A DNA stretch of 64,000 bases from an uncultured bacterium. GTDB lineage: Bacteria; Margulisbacteria; WOR-1; JAKLHX01. Of this stretch, positions 41,342 through 49,239 are shown piece by piece (within the stretch, counting starts at the first letter, position 1; each line of letters starts with the position of its first letter). The position numbers were made by a program, and so were the translations under genes. The stretch lies in the NCBI GenBank assembly GCA_964597815.1, contig CAZQZN010000002.1, positions 15,436 to 79,435 on the forward strand, written 5' to 3'. The notes below the pieces were generated by a model that did no database searches, was not told the origin of the DNA, and saw nothing but the letters and a program-made list of their open reading frames with translations.

Positions 41342-41902
41342 TCATTTTTTTTGTTTTTTTTGAATTTTGACGTCAAAAGATCTATAGAAGATATGATTTA
41401 ATTGTTCAAGGCTGTCGGGATTTATAAAACTTATAGAATTATTCATCACATTTATGGCTGGCTCAATTATAGCTACACTCGGCAGCGAAAAAACATAATT
41501 TTTTACCGACTGCGGAACCGGCAACATCGAACCAAAAAATAAAACAAACCATATTATTAACAACCCTTTCGCAAAACCAAACACAGCACCTCCAAGAGAG
41601 TTTATCATCCCAAAAACGCTCATTCCAATCATTTTGTGGATAAAATTTCCGATAACGAAAAAAACGAACATTATTCCTACCCATAAAATAACAAAACTCA
41701 AAATATTAAGAGCATTCTCGGGAATCTTTATAAAACCGGCAATAATTTTGGATACATCTCTATACCAATAAAAAGAAGCAAATACTGCAATTAAAACCGC
41801 AACAATATCCAGCAAACATCTTATAAGGCCCCTAAAATATCCCCTAATAGTTGTGCCAATTAAAAAAGCGAATATAAGATAATCAATCCATGTAAAAGCC
41901 AT
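41342..41902 (-). CDS. cvpA: CvpA family membrane protein
   Basis: IDYLI, RGYFRG, LGGAVFGFAKG. Confidence 0.85.
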   Translation of the reverse strand: MAFTWIDYLIFAFLIGTTIRGYFRGLIRCLLDIVAVLIAVFASFYWYRDVSKIIAGFIKIPENALNILSFVILWVGIMFVFFVIGNFIHKMIGMSVFGMINSLGGAVFGFAKGLLIIWFVLFFGSMLPVPQSVKNYVFSLPSVAIIEPAINVMNNSISFINPDSLEQLNHIFYRSFDVKIQKKQKK

Positions 41903-42022
41903 ATTTTTTCCCTGTACGCACCAGAATTAACTACGAGGAACTTACACAAATAAAAATCTTATGTATATGATATCACAAAAATAATTCTTAGATTTTATAC
42001 TGCACATGATATACTTTTAATA

Positions 42023-42892
42023 ATGGGAGACAAAAAGATTGTTTATCTCGTAGGAGATCCTGTTGAACACAGCGTATCTCCCCAAATGCACAATCTGTGT
42101 TATAAGGAACTTGGGCTAAATTTTGAATACAAGCTACTTAAAGTTTCTTCAATCGAATTGGAAGAAAAAATAAAAGAACTCAAAAATCCATCTGTTGCCG
42201 GATTCAATGTAACAATTCCTCACAAAGAAAACATTATCAAATTTTTAGATTACATAGACAACTCCGCAAAATTAATTGGGGCAGTTAATTCTGTAAAAAA
42301 TGAAAACGGTATTTTGAAAGGTTTTAATACAGATTCAATTGGATTTATAGAGTCGTTGATATCAGACGCAAAATTCATGCCTAACGGCAAAAAAATTTTA
42401 CTGATTGGAGCAGGAGGAGCCGCAAAAGCAATCGCTGTTGCTCTATGCAAAGAAAACATTTCAGAACTTACCATCTATGATATAGACAAAGAAAAAGCGG
42501 CAAAACTTTGCGAAAATTTGAAAACAAATTTTGACCTTAAAGTTTATCCTTTGGATTCATATGAAAAAATCAATCAAGCAATAATAAATAGCGATTGCAT
42601 AATAAACGCAAGCCCGATTGGAATGTATCCAAAAACAGACATCTCTCCAATAAAAGAAGATGCTCCTTTTAGACATGGCCAAGTTTTATATGATGTGGTC
42701 TATAATCCTAAAACAACAAAACTTATGAAAATAGCCTCTTCAAAAGGCGCAAAAACTATTTCCGGATTGGGCATGCTTGTCAGACAAGGTGCCGCAGCAT
42801 TTGAACTCTTTACGGAAAAAGTCCCGAATATTAAAACAATGTGGAATGCAGCTGAAGAAGCGCTTGGACTTGAAAAAACTATAATTTTTTAG
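42023..42892 (+). CDS. aroE: Shikimate dehydrogenase
   Basis: HSVSPQMH, NVTIPHK, GFNTD, GAGGAA, DVVYNP. Confidence 0.96.
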   Translation: MGDKKIVYLVGDPVEHSVSPQMHNLCYKELGLNFEYKLLKVSSIELEEKIKELKNPSVAGFNVTIPHKENIIKFLDYIDNSAKLIGAVNSVKNENGILKGFNTDSIGFIESLISDAKFMPNGKKILLIGAGGAAKAIAVALCKENISELTIYDIDKEKAAKLCENLKTNFDLKVYPLDSYEKINQAIINSDCIINASPIGMYPKTDISPIKEDAPFRHGQVLYDVVYNPKTTKLMKIASSKGAKTISGLGMLVRQGAAAFELFTEKVPNIKTMWNAAEEALGLEKTIIF

Positions 42893-42912
42893 ACTTTAAT
42901 CTTGCTTTTTAT

Positions 42913-42929
42913 CTGGCGGGAAAATTGCT
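42913..42929 (+). promoter_or_regulatory. sigma54-type -24/-12 promoter for the minor pilin cluster
   Basis: CTGGCGGGAAAATTGCT fits TGGC-N7-TTGC; predicted +1 near 42940, ATG at 42942. Confidence 0.7.
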
Positions 42930-42941
42930 CACAAGTTTTTG

Positions 42942-43370
42942 ATGAAAAATGCTTTTACAATCATTGAGGTTTTAGTCGCTCTTTTTATTATAAATATAAT
43001 ATTTTTTACAGCCAACTTTGCAACAAATCCTTTCAAAAAAACATTTGATTTAAATTCCTCTGCAAGAGAATTAGAAGACAATCTGAGAATAACAAAAAAC
43101 ATGGCGATCTCAAAATCCTGCATAGCGGAACTTGAAGCAAAAGAAAACAGCATAGTTATCAGAACAGAAAACATTAAAACAAAAACATTTGAAGAAGTAA
43201 AAAAAGTCTACCTCTCAAAAGATCTGTTCTTTCTAAAACCCGTGGTTTTTAGATTTTCATCAAACGGAATGCCTTGTGTTGGTTTTTCGGGGACAGCATC
43301 ACTTTGCAGCAAAAATGGATTAACAAAAAAAATCATAGTATCATCTTTCGGGAGAATAAGGATTGAATAA
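42942..43370 (+). CDS. Minor pilin/pseudopilin (FimT/GspH-like)
   Basis: MKNA|FTIIEVLV class III signal; C-terminal F...G and SSFGRIR. Confidence 0.8.
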   Translation: MKNAFTIIEVLVALFIINIIFFTANFATNPFKKTFDLNSSARELEDNLRITKNMAISKSCIAELEAKENSIVIRTENIKTKTFEEVKKVYLSKDLFFLKPVVFRFSSNGMPCVGFSGTASLCSKNGLTKKIIVSSFGRIRIE

Positions 43371-43662
43371 AAAAGCTTTTTCATTGATCGAAACAATTAT
43401 TGCCTTTATGGCATTTCTAATTATTTTTGCAAATCTTTCTTTTCTTATAAATTTCTCGGCAAAAAAATACACAAAAATGCAAAAAATAATCATTGATTTA
43501 TTCAAAGCTCAAACAATACTTGAAAACTCAAAATCAGTTGATTTCGACAAATTAAAATCCAACGAATATCTTGTTGTTTCAGATTTGGACAAAGACAACA
43601 AACTTCTAAAAGTAAAACAAGGGCAAGTTGAGTTAATCGTCTTAAGATCAAGATATGAATAA
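43363..43662 (+). CDS. Minor pilin/pseudopilin (PilV/GspI-like; TTG start)
   Basis: MNKKA|FSLIETII class III signal. Confidence 0.75.
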   Translation: MNKKAFSLIETIIAFMAFLIIFANLSFLINFSAKKYTKMQKIIIDLFKAQTILENSKSVDFDKLKSNEYLVVSDLDKDNKLLKVKQGQVELIVLRSRYE

Positions 43663-44098
43663 AAAATCTTTTACTCTTATAGAAATTATTATTTCAATGA
43701 TGATATTTTCGATCATTTTATCCAGCTTAATAGGCTTTTTATTAAAAACCAAAAAAATCCATATTACAAATTCTGCTGCGATCAATAATTTTTTGGAATC
43801 ATCTCTAACAGCAGATTTTTTGTCAAGAGAAATCAAATCCTGCAATTTAGTAAGTTCCTCTTCAACACAAAACAAACTCATTCTCATAAAAGGAGCCGAT
43901 ATAATTACATACGAAAACATTGGAAATAAAATAAAAAGAAACAAAAACACTTTTGGTCAATACCTGACAAATGACGGAGTAATAGACAAAGTTTCTTTTT
44001 CTTATCCAAAAGACAATGTTGTAAGAATTGAGATTTTGCCAGTTTTATCCCCAGCAATTATAACAATGGAGTGCTTTTTAAGGAACTACAATGAATAA
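43655..44098 (+). CDS. Minor pilin/pseudopilin (PilW/GspJ-like)
   Basis: MNKKS|FTLIEIII class III signal. Confidence 0.78.
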   Translation: MNKKSFTLIEIIISMMIFSIILSSLIGFLLKTKKIHITNSAAINNFLESSLTADFLSREIKSCNLVSSSSTQNKLILIKGADIITYENIGNKIKRNKNTFGQYLTNDGVIDKVSFSYPKDNVVRIEILPVLSPAIITMECFLRNYNE

Positions 44099-44519
44099 AA
44101 AAGCTTTTTCAACATATTACACAATGATTTTTTTTATGCTTTTTATGATGATCTGTTTTGCTTTTGCAAAAAATGTCATAAATTCAGCAAGAATAGCCAC
44201 TTTAACTTTACAAAGCGCAAAAGTTTTTTATTTAGCAGAGTCAGGAATTGAATATGCAAAAAGCAAAATTGTCTCTGACAACAACTGGCACACTGACAAC
44301 ACAACAATAATTGAAGATAAATCTTATTTACTGCTTAACGCAAACGGTCAAATAATAACCATAAAAAACGGAGGTTTTAAAATTATTAGAGCCAAAGATA
44401 AAAACATCATTTATTCGATAGGATTTTTGGGAAATGAAATGCTTTTAAGCCCATCTTATTCATTCCAAAAATGTGTTTTTTCTTTACCAATGAAAAGTGT
44501 TAAGTGGGAAGAATTATGA
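44091..44519 (+). CDS. Minor pilin (PilX/GspK-like, no Glu5)
   Basis: MNKKA|FSTYYTM; A.VFYLAESGIEYA PilX-type motif. Confidence 0.7.
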   Translation: MNKKAFSTYYTMIFFMLFMMICFAFAKNVINSARIATLTLQSAKVFYLAESGIEYAKSKIVSDNNWHTDNTTIIEDKSYLLLNANGQIITIKNGGFKIIRAKDKNIIYSIGFLGNEMLLSPSYSFQKCVFSLPMKSVKWEEL

Positions 44520-45545
44520 TTAGACATTAAATCTAAAACTTAAAATATCACCATCTTCAACAATATAATCTTTGCCTTTTAAATAAAATTTGCCTTGTTC
44601 CTTTAATTTTCCTTCTGAACCAAGCAATATCAAATCTTCATACTTAAACATTTCTACTCTTACAAATCCTTTTTCGATGTCGGAATGAATAGCCCTGCCA
44701 GCCACAGGAGCAGTTGATCCGCTCTTTATAGCCCAAGCTCTGACTTCATCTTCTCCAACAGTAAAAAACGATATAAGGCCCAATGCAGAAAAAACCATCC
44801 GTGTCATTTTGTTTAAGGCCGGCTCGTCAATGCCCAGCTCTTTAATGAATTCTTCTCTCTCCTCCACAGGAATTGATCTTATTTCCTCCTCCAATTCAAT
44901 ATTTAGCCCTATCGACAAAATGCCATACTTTTGCCTAATATTTTTTAAAACCTCATCATTGTCTGGTTTTGAGGTGCTTGAATTGACAACAATAATCAGC
45001 GGTTTTTTTGTTAAAAACTGATAAACATTTAAAAGTTTTTCATCATCGCTGCCAACAGACATATCTCTTAAAAGTTTTCCTTCTTCAAGATATTTTTTGC
45101 ATGAAAACAATAGATTTTTCTCTTTTTCTTTTTCAGGTATAAACTTTTTCTTCTGCTCTTTCTCAATCGTTTCAATTCTTTTTTCAACAAGTATAAAATC
45201 ATTCAGCACCAGTTCGCTTATAAAAGAGTCAATCTCATCTTTTGCATTTTCCGCTCTCGTGACAAAACAGATCTCATCGCAATTTTTTAATTCATTTAAA
45301 ATGGAAGATTTTTTTTGCCCTTGAATGGAAAAATCAGGCAAAAGCAGATATTCTATTTTGGCAAATGTCGTTTTATGAGGATTATACATTTTCTTTAGTT
45401 TTAACACTCTGGGATCAATTACATCGCATATCCCTTTATGAATCTCAAGTGGCTTTTGCAAAAGGTCAGAAAGATTAATGCCAGTCAATAAACTAAAAAG
45501 ATGCTGCTGGCCTGATGTTGAATTGCCAATCAAAACGACTTTCAT
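44520..45545 (-). CDS. YchF/OLA1-like protein with degenerate nucleotide-binding motifs
   Basis: Conserved TGS C-terminus (SFFTVGEDEVRAW, IHSDIEKGF, GKDYIVEDGDI); P-loop region reads GNSTSGQQ. Confidence 0.85.
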   Translation of the reverse strand: MKVVLIGNSTSGQQHLFSLLTGINLSDLLQKPLEIHKGICDVIDPRVLKLKKMYNPHKTTFAKIEYLLLPDFSIQGQKKSSILNELKNCDEICFVTRAENAKDEIDSFISELVLNDFILVEKRIETIEKEQKKKFIPEKEKEKNLLFSCKKYLEEGKLLRDMSVGSDDEKLLNVYQFLTKKPLIIVVNSSTSKPDNDEVLKNIRQKYGILSIGLNIELEEEIRSIPVEEREEFIKELGIDEPALNKMTRMVFSALGLISFFTVGEDEVRAWAIKSGSTAPVAGRAIHSDIEKGFVRVEMFKYEDLILLGSEGKLKEQGKFYLKGKDYIVEDGDILSFRFNV

Positions 45546-45560
45546 TTTACTTTGATTCTA

Positions 45561-46670
45561 TCATTTTTTCGAATACCAATAAAACAAAGAATTTAATGAA
45601 TCAAAAAATAAGTCTTCAGAAGATAGTTTTTCAAGTGGGGATAAAACTGAAAGTATTTTTGATTCCGGCAATTTCCATCCCTTTTCAATTCTACTATCTG
45701 GATACACTACTGTTGCTGGTTTATCAAGTGCCTCAACTACATGGGCAGTGCCTGTTTCTTGTGTTAAAACATAATTACTTCTTTTGATTATCTGAGACAA
45801 TTCTCCCGGATTTGAATTTGGTAATCCAAATACTGGTGATTTTATTTTATAATTTTTTAAAATTTCCATAAATTTCTTGAAATAAACAGATTGATAACTT
45901 TCAACATAATTGATTCCAAAAATAAGGCTACCAAATCTGTTAGCTAATTCAAACTTTTTCCAAAATTCGCTTATCTTTTGTATTGTTTCAGCAAGGGTTT
46001 CCATTTTCCATTGGTTGGATTGTTGATTGGCACGCAAATTGATTGTAAACAAGAAGTCAGTTGGAAGCAGCCCTATATTTCTGAAAAGATTATCTACTTT
46101 TTCTTTGTCTTCACTGGCAAACCATGCCTCAGGACGAAAAGATTCATTTATTATCCAAAGTGGAGCGACATATCTCAAGATAATTTTTCCCATATATTCT
46201 TCTGGTGCAGCTATACTTTCAGGGGGACAAACATCATGAGAAAAATTTATATTTTCAGGAATTGGAGAAACAAAATCGTTCAAATAAGCTCTTAAAAATG
46301 ATTCTGATCCAATCCTTAAAGGAATTTCTATTTTCCCTTTTGAAACAAGATAATAATAAATACTTTCGTTTAAAGGCAAAGAAATTACAGTATCATAATT
46401 ACAAAATTTAATTAAAGGTGATATTTGGCGGATCCCATCTAAGTGGCTTGAATCATTTTCTGGAACTTCATGAACTTCTATATCATAAGGATTTCTTTTA
46501 TAAAAACCGGCATCATACTTATCAGTTAAGATTGAAATTTTGGCGTTTTGAAATTTATTGCGCAAAGATCTGAATAACGGCGTTGTCATCATTTTCATGC
46601 CCAACGACGGCATTTGGCTTATAACAAGTATCCTTGAAGGAATAGTAATTTTAAAGTTAGTATTTTGCAT
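45561..46670 (-). CDS. Glycosyltransferase family 9 (heptosyltransferase)-like protein, divergent
   Basis: RILVI...LG...TTPLFRSLR..F.NAKISIL; ETGTAH...ALDKP. Confidence 0.7.
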   Translation of the reverse strand: MQNTNFKITIPSRILVISQMPSLGMKMMTTPLFRSLRNKFQNAKISILTDKYDAGFYKRNPYDIEVHEVPENDSSHLDGIRQISPLIKFCNYDTVISLPLNESIYYYLVSKGKIEIPLRIGSESFLRAYLNDFVSPIPENINFSHDVCPPESIAAPEEYMGKIILRYVAPLWIINESFRPEAWFASEDKEKVDNLFRNIGLLPTDFLFTINLRANQQSNQWKMETLAETIQKISEFWKKFELANRFGSLIFGINYVESYQSVYFKKFMEILKNYKIKSPVFGLPNSNPGELSQIIKRSNYVLTQETGTAHVVEALDKPATVVYPDSRIEKGWKLPESKILSVLSPLEKLSSEDLFFDSLNSLFYWYSKK

Positions 46671-46719
46671 ATGCTTTCTAAACTATTTTCGAAAAAATTT
46701 TGGTAAAATTCCAAAGATT

Positions 46720-47436
46720 TTAATAAGCGTCTTCTAAATCAAAAACTTTATCAATATTTTCCTTTGTTAAAACTGCGGAGGCAAGCCCATCTAAAAAAAG
46801 CTGTCCGTTTTTTATAAAGATTGCCCTGTCAGCATTTTCTTTTAATCTATCCAAATCGTGCATGACAGAAATAATGAGTTTTTCCCCTTTGAGTTCATTA
46901 ATTAAACTTAATAAATGAATTTTGTTTTTGATATCCAAGTGTGCTGTTGGTTCGTCAAGCAACATAATTTTTGCTTGCTGAGCAAGTGCCCTTGCAAATA
47001 AAACTTTTTGGTATTCCCCACCACTCAAATCAGTGACAAATTTATCTTTTATCTTTGTTAAATCCATTCTTTCAAGTGATCTGTTGACTATATCTAAATG
47101 TTCTTTTTTAGTTGCTCTTATTGAAGCCCTTGCCATTTCAACAACTTCAAAAACTGTAAACCCATTTAATGGAGATGAGATTTGCGGGATGAACGATATT
47201 AAACCAGCCAACTCATTTGGAGAAATTTCTGAAATTTCTTTTCCATAAATCTTTATTGTTCCCTGTTTTTTTCTAAAAAATCCTAAGATTGCTCTAAGCA
47301 AAGTCGTTTTTCCGCTGCCATTTTCACCAATCAAAACAACAAACTGCGGCTTTTCAAAAGAAAGATTTATCCCTTCAAGAATATTCTTCCTGCCATAACC
47401 AACTATAAGGTCTTTTATTTCCAGTATTTTAGACAT
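46720..47436 (-). CDS. Cobalamin/Fe-siderophore ABC transporter ATPase (BtuD-like)
   Basis: GENGSGKTT, LSGGEYQK, LLDEPTAHLD. Confidence 0.9.
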   Translation of the reverse strand: MSKILEIKDLIVGYGRKNILEGINLSFEKPQFVVLIGENGSGKTTLLRAILGFFRKKQGTIKIYGKEISEISPNELAGLISFIPQISSPLNGFTVFEVVEMARASIRATKKEHLDIVNRSLERMDLTKIKDKFVTDLSGGEYQKVLFARALAQQAKIMLLDEPTAHLDIKNKIHLLSLINELKGEKLIISVMHDLDRLKENADRAIFIKNGQLFLDGLASAVLTKENIDKVFDLEDAY

Positions 47437-48382
47437 TCTTCCTTAACATTACCAAATAAAATAAAAATGGGGCGCCAACAAAAGCAACAGTTATGCCAAT
47501 AGGTATATCTATTGGCGAAAAAATTGATCTTGATATTAAATCTGAAAGAATTAAAAACGATGCCCCAAAAATTGAACTAAATGGAATAACATATTTGTTG
47601 TTCGCTCCAACCATAAATCTAATGATATGCGGCACTACTAATCCAACAAAACCGATTATCCCACAGAGCGAAACTGAAACGGCTGCTAAAAAAGAAGCAA
47701 GGCCAATAAAAATTAATCTGTTTTTTTCAACATCTATACCCAGAGATTTTGCTTCTTCATCTGATAATAGCAAAATATTTAATCTCTCTGACAAAAAGAT
47801 TGCAAAAATTATACCTAAAACAGCGCTGAAAAAAGCTATAAACAAAACGGTGTAATCAGCAAAAGAAAATGTACCAAACAGCCAAAAATATATAGAATTT
47901 AAGTTCTTGCCTAAAATTATTATCAAAACTAAAATTGAACCAAGCAAAGATGATAAGGCAACTCCCATTAAAACCAAAATTTCTGTTCTTGAGCCAAAAT
48001 GTGTTTTAGAAAAAAAATAAACGATGCTTGAGGAAAAAACCGCACCTAAAAATGACAAAAAGCAGACATATATTATTGGGAGCCCAAAAACCATTGCTAT
48101 TGCCGCTCCAATTGCACCACCAGCAGAAACAGAGAGAATGTACGGATCAGCAAGGGGATTCTTTAAGACACTTTGAAAAATCGCTCCTGATACTGAAAGC
48201 ATCGCTCCTGTTAGGCCGGCCAAAACAACTCTTGGAAATCTTAAAACAAAAAAAATAGTTTTATCAGAAGAACTCAAATTAAAGGGATTTATAATAACTG
48301 AACCAAAAAAAAAGCCCAAAAGTATCGAAGCCGCCAAGAACAGAAATGAAATAAAATATAGTAAAACAATTTTTTTTCTCAT
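47429..48382 (-). CDS. Cobalamin/Fe ABC transporter permease (BtuC/FecCD-like)
   Basis: LRFPRV, NPLADPYIL, EAKSLG, GIIGFVGLVVPH. Confidence 0.9.
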   Translation of the reverse strand: MRKKIVLLYFISFLFLAASILLGFFFGSVIINPFNLSSSDKTIFFVLRFPRVVLAGLTGAMLSVSGAIFQSVLKNPLADPYILSVSAGGAIGAAIAMVFGLPIIYVCFLSFLGAVFSSSIVYFFSKTHFGSRTEILVLMGVALSSLLGSILVLIIILGKNLNSIYFWLFGTFSFADYTVLFIAFFSAVLGIIFAIFLSERLNILLLSDEEAKSLGIDVEKNRLIFIGLASFLAAVSVSLCGIIGFVGLVVPHIIRFMVGANNKYVIPFSSIFGASFLILSDLISRSIFSPIDIPIGITVAFVGAPFLFYLVMLRKNV

Positions 48383-48386
48383 ATAA

Positions 48387-49232
48387 CTATTCCCTAATAA
48401 AATTAGCTATCAATTCAATTGATTTTAACGCTCTAATTGTTGGTCTTGTTATTAAATCAGCATCTATTAACAAAAAATTACCTTTTTTAATTGCTGATAA
48501 CTGTTTCCATTTTTCTTGTGAGATAATAGATTTTATCTGCGAATAAGATTTTCCTGAGAAAATAATATAATCTGGATCTTCCTTTAATAAAAATTCAAAA
48601 TCAACGGTTGGATAAGAGCTTCCTGCTTTGCTGCCAACATTTTGCCCTCCCGCTTTTTTTACAATATCTTCAACAATTGTGTCTTTGCCTCCCGTAATTA
48701 AAGGGTTAGCCCACAAAACAACAAATACTTTTGGAGAATTTTTTGCTTTTTTTATCCCAGAAATAGAGGAATAAATTTTTTTGTTTAATTCTGCAGCTCT
48801 TTTTTCTGTGCCAGTAACTTTGCCAAGCAGAAGTATAGAACTGGCAAGATCTTCAAAAGATTTTGGATTTATAACAAAAACTGGCAGTGATAATTTTCTC
48901 AACCGCTCAATTTGATATTTTTGAGTATCATAAAGCATCACAATAAGATCAGGATTTAACGAAATTATTTTTTCTACATCTAAATTTATATCTCCAATTT
49001 TTGGAAGTTTCTTCACTTGTTCAGGATAATCACATTTATTGCTTACAGCAATTATTTTTTTAGCAAGCCCAAGTTCAAACAAAATTTCAGTGTTGCTTGG
49101 CATTGTTGATATTATTCTTTTTGCAGGAGAAACAAAAGTAAATTTATATCCAGTTTCGTCTCTAATGGTTAAAGCATACAAAACGCTGACAAATAAGACA
49201 GCAATAAAAAAAATGGAAATTACTCTTTTCAT
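48387..49232 (-). CDS. Cobalamin-binding periplasmic protein (BtuF-like)
   Basis: RIISTMPSNTEILFELG, CDYP, EKIISLNPDL. Confidence 0.85.
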   Translation of the reverse strand: MKRVISIFFIAVLFVSVLYALTIRDETGYKFTFVSPAKRIISTMPSNTEILFELGLAKKIIAVSNKCDYPEQVKKLPKIGDINLDVEKIISLNPDLIVMLYDTQKYQIERLRKLSLPVFVINPKSFEDLASSILLLGKVTGTEKRAAELNKKIYSSISGIKKAKNSPKVFVVLWANPLITGGKDTIVEDIVKKAGGQNVGSKAGSSYPTVDFEFLLKEDPDYIIFSGKSYSQIKSIISQEKWKQLSAIKKGNFLLIDADLITRPTIRALKSIELIANFIRE

Positions 49233-49239
49233 CACTACT

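Noticed and set aside
41909-41945. Hairpin in the cvpA leader that could mask the SD (TTCCTCGTA/TACAGGGAA)
   Set aside because: Stem is imperfect and matches no riboswitch class I recognise
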